Notes under the pieces: generated by a model
The model's input: only the letters and a program-made list of their open reading frames with translations
Databases searched by the model: none
Told to the model about the DNA's origin: nothing
Position numbers and translations under genes: made by a program
In this document: positions 27,429 through 39,797 of the stretch, piece after piece
How the letters are laid out: each line of letters starts with the position of its first letter
How positions within the stretch are numbered: position 1 is the stretch's first letter
Source: Callorhinchus milii
Taxonomy: Eukaryota
Reading direction: 5' to 3'
DNA length: 64,000 nucleotides
NCBI RefSeq assembly: GCF_018977255.1
Contig: NW_024704742.1
Location: 3,846,001 to 3,910,000, forward strand

Positions 27429-28534
27429 CTAATGAAAGACAAGGCATAAATTGCAGTAGTAACACATTCAGGGAATGAAGACAAATTCTTCATCTGTTTA
27501 GTATCCAGGAATTTTGACCCTCTCATACTTACACAGCTAAATTAAGTATAAAAACAAATTCCTAGTTTATTTAACATCATATAATCCCTTCACATTGTCG
27601 CATTCTCAGAACAGCAACTTTAACACTAACAAAACATAATCACAACAATTAAATAGTCTACATTTCAGAAAAAGTGCCACTTAAATGTCAATCAGAAATT
27701 TTCAGAATAAACCAAGTTGATTTAATATTTAAACAACGGGTTAGACAAGGCAAAGTCACTTAGAACCAGAGGATTCTAGGTTCAAATCCTGGTGTGTCCA
27801 TTCAGCTCTTCAACCTCTCAAGACTACCATCATATTATAAAATGAAAAAGTGATTGAGTCAGTTAAAATTTGAAAATGAATAAACTACTCATCGATGGCA
27901 GATAAACAGTTATAATTCTCAAGTTCTTCAGATGAAGCTAATTAATAACTGGAGCAGGTTTCCAGAAAGGGAGGTTGAGGCTAAGGCAATCCAATGATGG
28001 GGGGACATAATTCTGGAATGAGGAGATTGTAAAGGCCAAAGGTCCTTCTTCAACCAAACAATCTTGTGATCTTTTGATGTGTGACCATGCACGATATAAA
28101 CTTCTGAAAGACAACTGATATATTCTAAAATCTTCTTGAACTTCAGGCAATAGAGTCTGGGTGTAATCAGTGCTTTGATCTGTAATTCAAAATTATCACA
28201 CTGAATGGATGATGAAGCTCCCCAAATGTCATCAGTTTCCAGCTCAACTTGACCAAATGGAATAAAGTTTCTGGATATTACTGAGACTTTATCGAAAAAA
28301 AGGCAGGATTCTGAAAATGAAGGCAAACTTTACGTATATTTTCAGCACACAGGAGAATCCAGCCTTAACAGAAAGCGCTACTGAAGATATTGGGAATTAG
28401 AAGTACTCTTGAACCAATGATTTCTGTGTTATATTTCCTGCAATCTGTGATTCATTACTTCAGGTCTTTTCTCCTTAACCATTCTGGTAACATCACTAAT
28501 ATCTACTACTAGTGATCTGCAGTAGCTCACTTTA

Positions 28535-30497
28535 TTTGAATGAGTACTTTGCATCATTTGTGGAGTCCTGTAGCTCAGTGGTTGGAGCACTCGCCTTGCA
28601 AGCGAGACACCTGAGTTCAATTCCAGGCAGAGGGCGAAACCTTGGGCAAGTTTCCTTACTCCACACAGAGCCTAATAATAATCCCTCCAAAACCAAAAAC
28701 AATAATAAATTGGTCATTTTCAATCCATGACTGTTTGTGGGACACTGCTGTGCGCAATTGGCTGCCACGTTTCGCCCACAAATATACAGTCAATTCACTT
28801 TACAGTATATTCTGTGAAGTGCTTTGAGACGTTGAGAAGACGTGGAAAGCGCTATATCAAATGCAAGGATTATTATTATTATCTGTCTTCAGAAAAGAAA
28901 AGGATGCAGCCAATGCCACAGCATCGGAGGAGAGGGTAGACATTGGATAAGATAAAAATAATCCGAGAGGAGGTACTAAAATGGTTGACGGTACTCAAGG
29001 TAGATAAATCACCTGGTCCAGACGGGATGCATCCTAGGTTACTGAGGGAAGTAAGGGTGGAAATAATGGAGGCTCTGGCCACAATCTTTCAATCCTGCTT
29101 GAACATTGGGGTGGTACCAGAGGACTGGAGGGTTGCAAATGTTACTCCCCTGTACAAAAAGGGGCAGAAGGATAAACTCGGGAACTACAGACCAGTCAGT
29201 AGTGGAGAAACTTCTAGAGACTATAATCTGGAACAAGATAAATGTTCACTTAGAAAAATATGGGTTAATAAAGGACAGCCAACACAGATTTGTTAAAGGC
29301 AAATTGTGTCTAACAAAGAGAGTATTTTTAATGAAGTAACGGAGAGGGTGGATGAAGGTAGTGCAGTTGATGTAGTTTATATGGATTTTCAAAAGGCATT
29401 TGATGAAGTGCCACATAAGAGACTTGTAAGCAAAATAGAAGCCCCCGGTATTAATGGGACAGTGGCAGCAGATACAGAACTGGCTGGGAGACAGAAAGCA
29501 GAGAGTGGTGGGGAACGGTTGTTTTTCTGACTGGAGGGAAGTGTGCAGTGGTGACCCCAGGGCTCTGGAATGGGACCACTGCTGTTTTTGATCCATATAA
29601 ATAATCTGGACTTTGCAGATGATACTAAGATAGGAAAAGTAGTAAATAGTGAGGAGAATAGTACAGACTGCAAAAGGACATAGACAGATTGCTAAAATGG
29701 GCATTCATGTGGCAGATGAAGTTTTTATGTGGAGAAATGGGAGGAAGAATGAGGAGTGGCAATATAAGCTAGATGGTAGCATCTTAAAGTGGATGAAGGA
29801 ACAGAGAGACCTGGAGGTTCATATAAGTAAATCCTTGAAGGTGGCAGGACAGGTAGATAAAGCTGTTAAAAAACCATACGGGATACTGGGCTTTATAAAT
29901 AGGGGCATAGAATACAAAAGTCAGGAAGTTATGATGAACCTTTATATAAAACACTGGTTAGGCCTCAGCGAGACTCGGTTCAGTTCTGGGCCCCACACTT
30001 TAGAAAGGATGTCAAGGCATTGGAGAGGGTACAAAGGAGATTGACCAGGATGGTACCAGGAATGAGGGACTTCAGTTATCAGGAGCGGTAGAGAAGCTGG
30101 GATTATTGTCCTTGGAGCAGAGAAGGTTAAGAGGAGACTTAATAGAAGTTTTCAAAATTATGAGGAGATTTGATAGAATGAACAAAGAGAAACTATTTCC
30201 ACTGGCGGGTGGGTCGGTAGGGGGACACCGATTTAAAATCGTTGTTCAAAGAAACAGGTGAGGAGAAATTTTTTCACACAGCGAATTGGTTGGATCTGGA
30301 ATGCATTGCCTGAAAGGATGGTGGAAGCTTATTCGATAACAGCTTTTAAGAGAGAAGTAGATAATTATTTGGGGAGGACAAGTTTGCAGGGCTATGGGGA
30401 GAGCACGGGGGGAGTGGGATTGATTTGGTTAGCTCTTTTCAAAGAGCCGGCACAAATGGCCTCCTTCTGTGCTGCATAATTCCACAATTCTATGATT
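28535..30497 (+). mobile_element. CR1 LINE, 5'-truncated, decayed ORF2 (RT) plus 3' end
   Basis: DKSPGPDGMHPRLLRE, VPEDWRVANVTPLYKKG, VDVVYMDFQKAFD, LGFINRGIEYKS; 3' end AAATGGCCTCCTTCTGTGCTG..ATTCTATGA. Confidence 0.93.
28562..28881 (+). mobile_element. Same SINE, full length, nested in CR1
   Basis: Anticodon-like arm CTCGC-CTTGCAA-GCGAG. Splits the CR1 motif LNEYFAS/VF. Confidence 0.9.
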
Positions 30498-30916
30498 TGG
30501 AACGAAGACTTCAACCAGTCTGGGAGCTGATCCGAAACCACCCAAACACAGATAGGAGATTCTCATGGTGTCCTGGCTAGCAATCTTCCAGATAAAATTG
30601 TTTGTTCATTCATATCTATTTGTGGGAAACTGTTGTGACAAACTGGTTGCGATGTTTGCCCATAAAAACACCTATTTTACTGTACCAGGCTGAAATTGTA
30701 ATTCCTATACCAAACCTCAATTTAATGCTGATTTGAGCTATGAATGCAACTTGGTTGAGATTATATATATATAAAACGTATCAAAGAACTCAACATTCAG
30801 AAAACTTTTATCCAGTTAGCCTTGGAATTCAAGATAAATTCAGTCCTTGAAATTAAATGTCTCTCCCCCGAATATCACAATAAAACATTTTTTAAAAAAA
30901 TTAGAATTGAACTTAC

Positions 30917-31009
30917 CTCTTTATCTAAATCTGGAAAGTTATTGTGAAGTTTTTTTAGAATGGATTCTTTTTTCTCATCTGCCAGTGTATCGTCATCCTG
31001 CGACTCAAG
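30917..31009 (-). CDS. SMARCAD1: SMARCAD1 coding exon 6 (93 nt; second CUE-like domain)
   Basis: LESQDDDTLADEKKESILKKLHNNFPDLDKE|gtaagt; phase 0 to 0. Confidence 0.93.
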
Positions 31010-34000
31010 CTAAAAATCAGAGCACAATTATATAATGTAGCTGGCAGTATATAACCTCAACTGAAGTCCAGATTGTTATGCAGACTTTAATTTTGAATTG
31101 TTTAAATTAACTTTATTCCCACAGTTAGCCTTTCTAATCCTGTGAAAGTTCACCCTCGACATACAAATAGAAATTACCATCAACCCATGCAGAAATCATC
31201 AGATTGGTACCCACTTTAATAAAAAATTTGCATCTTGAGCAAGACTTAATCCTTGGCAGGCCTTCACTCTATATTTTTGTTAGCCGTCTCACATATTCAG
31301 AAACTTAACACCTTGCCTAAGCATATCCAAAGCAGCCAGAGTTCCATATAAGATTCCACCTAGGCATGGACACTTCCCTGCCTCTGGAATGCAGTGGCTC
31401 ACTTTCTCACCAAAGAGATTCACCATCCTTACCTAATTCCTGAAGTACAAGGACCAGGTTGGTGAGAACCAAGGCTTAGGTACCCCAGAGTGTGTGCTGA
31501 AGTAATGCTGGAAATTAACGAGCGAAAACCAAGTAGCTTGTCATTGTTAGTACTGCCTGACAAGCTTTCTACTGCTTGTCTGGCTAGAATCACTTGCATT
31601 TAGGCTTGCAGAGTCAACAGGAGCTGTAAGGTTTTGGCTTGCAAGCTAGGAATAAGATTTCATGAAACCATTTTTTTTGAATAAAACTCGTGAAACGTTA
31701 AAAAAAAACTATTTGCTACCACTTTCTTAGCTATTAGAGCCTGTAAACAGTTTGAACTAGCCACGTTTAGTTATTCAGTCTTATCAAAATTTCATTAGCA
31801 AACTATATGGAGTGTTTCAAATACTTCAAGCAGCCTGGTACAACAATTAATTAACAAACTGCAGCAGATTATTAGGGCCTCAATTTCCCATATAGCGTAC
31901 TCTTAATCTCATAGTTTATTGAGTAATGCATTATGCAGGTGCGCTGCTGTTGCTACTGATCATTGGAACAAGAGAATACAATCCAGTCTGTTGTGCCAAA
32001 CTATAACACAAGGTAATACGGACTGTACTTACTCTTGCTTGCAAGATTTACGAACAGTAGTTCATGTTTACTGCTCTATTTTACCCGGTGAATAGTGGGA
32101 GCTCTTAAGATTGAAATGAGCTCAAAACGTTTACAAAATGGAATTTTTTTTAAAAAAAGTAGTCTTAATTCTTCATAATAACTTACCAAAAAACATAAAA
32201 TGCATCTTCATAGGCTTCCTGAAAAACTACCAAATGCAAAGGGATAAGCCAGGTCCAACACTCCACAATTTCCCATAACGTGGGTTCCAGATCACAAGAA
32301 GGTAGTGGGAACATTTCATGCCCAGAGAGAAAGCAGAGAGCAAAACCAACCTGGACCACTTGCACTCATCTAAGTTTCAACCACAGAATGGTCCACTTGA
32401 AGGAGATAAATTGTTCTCCCACTGTTGCCTTGCAATACATGAAGCAAAGCAAATAAACTATCTATCGTTTTGGAAATTAAGGAAATTGTGAATGATCATG
32501 ACTTATTCTCACACTTGGCTACAAATTGGACTGTTCCAATCAGTAACTGTCATAAATTTCATTATTTTTGGACTTAAACAAACGTGACAAAATTATCAGC
32601 AAAACGGATTGTAGTTTTTTTTCTTCAGACAGAAATAAATAAAAAGATATATTTTAACAGTCAGCATGGTCAAAGAATCCAGCTGGCCGTCATTAATGCA
32701 TTATGATGAATGTTAGCCATATTATTTCCTGCCAATTACAATCACTCAAACACAACTGCCAGTGTTGTGAAACTTCTCCTGTCCCCTTTGAAGTGTACAA
32801 GCAACTGCCAGGATGGTGAAAGACAAATTGGATGAACCCTGGTCTTCTTTTGCCTTGCAAATTCTTATGTTCTAAAGTGCAGTGATGTGTAATCCAGTGC
32901 AAAAAATTCTCATTGCCCCACCACTTCCAGCCACAAGAAGCTAATCAACGGTCGCTAAAGTTCCATGAGAACCATCACCCCTCCAGTAGCCCACAACTCT
33001 CCATTTGGCAAGACTGTGGGTACCTTGAAGCCTGAAGGGGGAGTGAGAGAAGAATTCATAACCAAGGGCCCTTAACCCGGCTCAACCACATGCAAGCACA
33101 CACCAAGGCAATTATCCACAAGCACAATACGTTTCTTACATTTTATAATCCCTCATTCCACATGAAAGTAGTTATTATAAAATAAATTAGTAACATAATC
33201 CATGTGGCTCCGCCAGACAGTTGTGAAACAGCTACATGAATAAGCTTAAGGCATCTGTCACTGTGCGGCACCCTACCTGGAAAAACAGGTCCAGCCCTCA
33301 GGCAAATACAAACACATCTGGCGGATAAGACTGTTGGTGCTAGTTAAAAAATTATCAATGCAATTCTGTCAACATCCCAAAATACAATGCCTTCAGCTAT
33401 CTTTAAAGTCACAGTACAAATTAACTGAGACTGAAGCACAAATAAATGGTCATATTATTTCACCTTAGCCTTCAAAATGACTAATTATGATATTAAAATA
33501 TGTAGTGTTACTTTGAAACACCAAACTATGTACATCCATTTCTAAATAGAGACAGTTTATGAAGAAGTTTCCTAGTTCAGATGCAGCTCAAATGTAAATA
33601 GCAACGTGAACAAATATGGCATGTGAAAAACCAAGAACTTGGGGCAATTCCTTTCTGTCTTCATCACAAATCTTAAAATGCAACCACTATTTCATAAACA
33701 GCCAAAACAAGTCACAAAAGCTGCTTCGTCACACAAACGTACTCGGATGCAAGATGCGCCACTAAACTTTTTCCCAAATCTGTATAACCACAGAAACGTG
33801 CTGCAAAACTTTATTAACCCAGTTAACTCTTGAAACTTCCAAACAAGCCAGAGCTGCCACTCCCAAAAATCTGCCAAAGTCACCTCTGCTCCAGACTTTC
33901 CTGCAATATCAGTGTCAGAGCATGTAACTATTCTCTTTCAAGTGGAATTAGCTTGATAATTTCTATCTGTGTACACAAGATCTATTACAAAATGGTTTGG

Positions 34001-34068
34001 GTACACAATTCTATTGAGTGTTTTGGTTAGTTAAAATAAAGTATAGAAAATTAATTAAAAAGCCATAC

Positions 34069-34169
34069 ACGATTAGGTTTCCTTTTCTTGGTTGATGAAA
34101 TATGGGGGCCATCACTTTCTTCAGAGCTGCTCCTACCAGACATTTCCAGTTTTCTTTTCCGAGGAGTGG
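34069..34169 (-). CDS. SMARCAD1: SMARCAD1 coding exon 5 (101 nt; basic NLS-like PRKRK and KKRK)
   Basis: ttcttag|CC ACT CCT CGG AAA AGA AAA CTG..CGT|gtatgg; phase 1 to 0. Confidence 0.92.
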
Positions 34170-34365
34170 CTAAGAACAAATAGCTTTCATTAAAAATATT
34201 GAAATGGAAGGTTAATTTTAAGACATTTATGAATCAGAAGTCATGTGATCTTTAAATGAATACATTGACATTCTTGGAGCATATCTACCTCTTGTGAAAA
34301 AAGGCAACAAAAATGAGGGAATAGGAATAAATTTAAACCTTAATTCAAGATTTATAGAATAGGCA

Positions 34366-34997
34366 GAATCGCATCCGTCACATTACCCACCTCCGTCTGT
34401 ACCTCAAAACCAATGCAGCCGAAACACTCGTCCACGCCTTCCTCACTTCCTAGCTGGACTATTCCAATGCCCTCCTCGCTCCACCATACACAAATTAAAA
34501 TAATTCAAAACTCTTGACACCCGGATACTCACCCGCACAAAACTCTGTACCACCATCACATCAGTCCTTGCCAGCCTCCACTGGCTCCCAATTACCAAAC
34601 GGATGGATTTTAAGATCATCTCATTCGTTTTCAAATCACTTTATGCGCTCGCATTTCCCTACCTATCCGACCTCCCTATATATATATATATATATATATC
34701 TATACCTCCCGCTGCATCCGCTCGGCTGGCTCTGGCGTCCTGTTTGTCCCTCATTCCAGCCGCTCCACCATCGGTGGCCGTGCCTTCAGCCACTCTGGGA
34801 GTTTCAGCTCCGAAACTCTGGGACTCTCATCTCTCAATCCCTCCACCTTGCTCCCTCCCTCCCCACTTTCAAATTCCACCTATTTGATCGTGCTTATGGA
34901 CACCTCCCCCTGGCTCAGTGTCAGGCTGCGCCACTGTCAAGCACTCTCGGACGCCATCCCGAGCGAAGGCCGCTATGTAAATGCAAGTTGTTGTTGT
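34366..34997 (+). mobile_element. L2 3' fragment
   Basis: [18 protein letters not shown], and the (TTG)n tail. Confidence 0.85.
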
Positions 34998-36769
34998 AAT
35001 AGTACAGGTAAAGTTCAGTGCTGCATACATATGGAATCACACAGAAAACCAATGAATAGCTGGATTTGTAAAATAAAACAATCTTGTAAATTTTACCAAT
35101 TAAGATAAGTTTAATGACCTAATTAATAAGTAAGCTTGAGATGTATTTATAAGCGCTCTGGGACGCTACCCTTGTGAGGGGGGGGGGGCTATATAAATGC
35201 AAGTCCTTGTTGTAGTAAAAATTGGTCAGACTAGAGAATTAGCCTGATTCAATCCAATAGGCACCTTTTCAAAAGGATTCACTAATAGCAACTCAGAATA
35301 GTCCCGAACAGGAAATATGTTCAGTAACCAGCAAGACATCACAAATGACTTGCAAGATACCCGCCTAGAAAAACAACAACAACGAAATTACATTTATATA
35401 GCAAGCACTGAAAGTACATAGGAACATAGGAATTAGGAGCAGAAGTAGGCCATTCAGCCCCTCAAGCCTACCCCGCCATTTGCACACCACAATGTCCCAC
35501 AAACAGTCGTGGATTGAAGTGAACTGAACTAGAGCATAACTAAGGTTGAGGTGCATTTATAATTATAAAACAATTTATTCACATTTCAAGGAACTTTCAC
35601 ATGAAAAGTACACATTCTTCCCAATACAGATAAACAAAGCCCTGCTAGCCGGCCTAATTGGGAGGAGATCCGATCCAGCGAGACGGAATTTCCGCCTAAG
35701 TGTATTACAATGCTGACAATGTATTTACAGCACTGGATATGCATTTCTAGTGCTGTAAATCAAAGAAGTTGCTCAGGTGGACAACTGGGTACCAGAGAAA
35801 GGACAGTGAGACGGGAAGCTGTGGGGATCGCGTGGGTCACTAAGCAAGGCGTTGGCACTGCTAGAAGAGTTTTGGGGTTAACAGGTGTCTACACATGGGA
35901 TCACAGGATTTTTTGGCCTGGAGAATTTTTTATTATTATTTATTATTATTTTAATTTTTGGTGTCTGGCTAGATTAAAATTCCAGATAACCCAAGTCAGA
36001 GACTCAGATACTGAGGGTTTTTACTGTATTCTTGCTTACACCAAATGGCCAATATCTTGAGACTTTGAGAAAAGATATGCAATTGATCATCCTTGGTAGC
36101 CTTTAAGAAAGATACTGATATTTCTGGAAATTACTAAGACAAATGAGTTCATAGCTTTAAATGTACACCTTTTCAGATTGGCAAAAGGTCTTAAAGGATA
36201 AAATAAGGACCAATCTGACATATTAAATTATTGCAACACCTTTTTAATCAGGTCTTTTGTACTTACGAATAAAATCAGTCAATTAAATAATCCTTAATAG
36301 GAAAGCTCTTGAAGAAAGTTAACTTCAATCAGATTAGAAAACTTATTTGTACAGCGATGAAATTTGATAAGCTTAAAAGGCAACTATATTCCGTGCAACT
36401 TAAGAGTGTTTTTTCAAAGCAAATAAATGAGTTTAACCGCTTTTAAAGAAAGGTGTATTTGAATTTTAACTGGAAGAGTGAACATCTGTCAATTTGGAAC
36501 ATATAGTCAATAAAAAAAACACTTAAGGTGAACAAGTTGGGGCACTGCACTTTGACATATGCCTCCAGCAAACTGCAGTGTTAATTGAATGCACAAACAC
36601 ATCAAAACAATGCTGTTTTGGTAGGTGTTTAAAAAAGCTGTAATCTTTCCTGTCTAACCATTGCAAGCACAAGAGACTAATTATTTTAAAGATACAAGAG
36701 CACAATCCAATTAAGATATAAGCTATAAAACAATGTTTGCATTTCATGTACCAGTCATTCACAGCATTA

Positions 36770-37150
36770 AAACATCTCAAACAGCTTCACATGATTTTAC
36801 ATTAAATTATAGTAACTGTTATTTGTAGACAAGAGTGAATGCCTATTTCCACACATCAATGTTCCACAAACACCCCTGAAGTGAATGACTTTTTTGGGGT
36901 GTATGGGAAGAACGTTGGCAGCACACCAGGAGAAACTCCATTCTCTTTTCCAACTGTGCCATGGGATCTTTAACATCAACCTGAGCAGGCAGATGGGACC
37001 TTGCTTAAAGTCTCATCCAAATGAAAATGCAGCTTCCCTAGCACTACACTGAAGTATCAGCCTACACTGTGACCTCAAAGTCCAGACACGAGGCTTAAAC
37101 CCAAAATATTAAGACTCAAACGTTAGTGTGCTACCTACTGAACCCGCCTG
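36770..37150 (-). mobile_element. Older long SINE copy
   Basis: GTGCCATGGGATCTTTAACATC block, with the head near 37140. Confidence 0.7.
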
Positions 37151-37694
37151 ATATCCTGAAACTCTCCCGAGATATTTTGACAACATTATGAGGTGCTGCA
37201 CCAAATGCAAGGATTTTGTTATTGCTAATATTTTACTTAGCAAGTACATTTGCATTTTCACCCGAACTAACTAATTTTAGAAAAGCATATGATTACGGAA
37301 AAACTTCAATTCCAGGTACCATTCCTAAAAAGAGAGAAATTCTTTTGACATTCTTCAGAATAATTGAAAAAAACATTTACGAGATTATTTTGCAAAAGTG
37401 CACACTGTTAAATGTTCAACCAATAAATCTTGGATTATTAATTCAAGATCTTTCAATAAAGTTTAATGCCCTAAATGGCAATATGTTGCACACGAACCCT
37501 TCAAATGTTTCTTATTTCTTGTAGCTTTGAAAATGGATGTCAGACTTTATTAAAAAGTGATGAAAAACCAAGAAACACTTCAGTCTTCATTAGTAGAATT
37601 TTGTCACTAATGATGGATAGTGAAACATCTCTTTTGGAGAACGTAAAGCACTTCCTCTCAGCTGGAGATCTAACTCCAAAGCAGCACTAAATTT

Positions 37695-38065
37695 ACCTGG
37701 CTCAGTTGGTAGCATTCTCACCTCTGAGTCGGAAGGCTGTGTGTACAAAACCCCATGTTGGTACTTTGAACACAAAATCTAGGTTGATTCTCCAATGTTG
37801 TGGTGGGGGAGGTGCTACATAGTTGGAGGAGTCAACTTTGGGATAAAACATGAAACCCAAATCCTGTCTGAAGTTCAGATAGATGTTAAGAGATCAGCTT
37901 GGCACTTATTGGAAAATATAAGGGAGTTTCTCCCAGCCCAGGCCAACAATTCCCTAGATACAATTGGTCATTCAGTTCATGGCTGTTTGTGGCGCACTGC
38001 TGTGCGGACATTGTTGCGTGCAAACTTGCTGCTGCATTCACCCCCAAAAATACAGTCACTACAAT
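37695..38065 (+). mobile_element. Older, longer Deu-domain SINE (SacSINE1-like)
   Basis: Head GGCTCAGTTGGTAGCA..CTCTGAGTC, middle CTAGG.TGA and GGCAC.TATT, then the Deu core. Family name from recall. Confidence 0.75.
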
Positions 38066-38359
38066 AACAACAAGATTACAATTGTATAGCGCCTTTCACG
38101 TTGGGAGGACGTCCCACTACAATTTATAGCAGATCGTAAGTACTTTGAGATCTTACCCACATGAAAGGCTATATATCAAATGCAAGGATTATTATTTTTC
38201 TCATTAAAAAGATTCCTGTGCAACTTAACACACAAAGGGGATTTATTTTAGTTCATTTCTATATTTTAAAAAATCACAACCATCAACAACTTGCATTTAT
38301 ATAGCGCCCTTCACATGGGTAGTATGTCTTGGAGTACAGATATGTGAAAGAGGTCATAC

Positions 38360-38426
38360 CTTCTTCTCCAAACAAGATTAATCCTGAAGCTACAGCTCCA
38401 TCCAGTGTGCTTGTTGATTCAATTAC
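38360..38426 (-). CDS. SMARCAD1: SMARCAD1 coding exon 4 (67 nt)
   Basis: VIESTSTLDGAVASGLILFGEE (human [21 protein letters not shown]); AG/GT ends; phase 0 to 1. Confidence 0.95.
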
Positions 38427-39797
38427 CTTGATGCAGAGCGTAAGAAGTAGAACATTTTAAAACAGAATCATGTTCCATACAATATATACAATACAGTACA
38501 TACATTTTCATTTATCCTCCCACAATCAGTTTACTACATCAATACGTTAAACTATTATATATTGATTCCTCCAAATGTCTAATTTAGGAAAAAAATAGAT
38601 TTGAATAATTAATTTCCAAATACTTTTGTACATAAATAAGATCTAGCAGAGACACTTAATTTTAAGTGTTAAACTTCAATGTCTGAAAATGTATTTTAAG
38701 CATTACAGGATGCAGAGTTCATCTTCCCAAAAACTCACTTGCAGAAATGTCACCTTTGTTCAGGATATAGGTTAAATCTAACTTATGGAAATGAAAAGGA
38801 AGAAGTGTAAGAGAGTTTTTAATCCCATTAAACCTCCTTATTGCAAACAAATCAATCTCAGATGTCAAATGAAATATTCAACCCACAATAATTGCCTCCA
38901 ATCACCTCTGCCTGCAGCTCATCAATGACGAGCATTTTGTGCAATACGAAAAAACAAAGGATTAAATGAAGTTTGCCTTTCTTAGAATTTACAGCAGCAA
39001 ATATGCCCCTTACGCACACAGAAATGCAATTGCATCATACATTTAGTCATCCATACAAAATGACCACTCTCCTGTACAACATGCTGACACCATTTGTACA
39101 ATCATAGCCATCATCGTCCTAAATTGGCTGTGTATTAAGCACTGTAGCATAAACAATAATAATCCATTTATTTGATATAGCGCCTTATCACGTCTTCGAG
39201 ACGTCTCAAAGCGCTTCACAGAATATACTCTAAAGTGAATTGATTGTATATTTTTGTGGGCAAAATTCTTTACATTTTGCAAGCTACTGTGTATAAGGTA
39301 CAGTTAACAAGCTTTGCAGTTCTCAATAGATCAGTGGTGGATCTCCCTGTATTTTCCAAATTTTAGATAAAGTGACTTTATAGACAAGTTATAAGCTGGG
39401 CCAATGGGAAAGTGCGGGTGCATTTTTTCCGTGACAACGAGCCTCGCCTGCTAAAATCCCCTCTACACTCAGCCCCTCGGGCACTAACCTTTACACACAG
39501 TGCGCTAGCCCCAAGTCTCTTGCGCTGTTTGCTCAACGCGGCTACCATAGCTGGAGCGGCTGCCGTCACGAATGCGAGGAATTTTGGGATCGCGGAAACA
39601 GCATGTGCGGAAAATTGACTTCGCTGGTGAGTAACTCTCGATAGGAAAAACAGTTGCGTCACACTACTGCGACAAATTTTTGATAAGTGCTGTACTATTC
39701 AAATATTTAGTATTTTAAACATAACTACATTTTCAGGAAATATATACCTATAGTTTTAATCAGAGCTGTTTCCCTTTTTAGGTTGTACAATACAAAA

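Noticed and set aside
35625..36030. Possible Tigger/pogo-type MITE ending GGTTTTACTGTA
   Set aside because: The left terminus matches poorly, so it cannot be supported.
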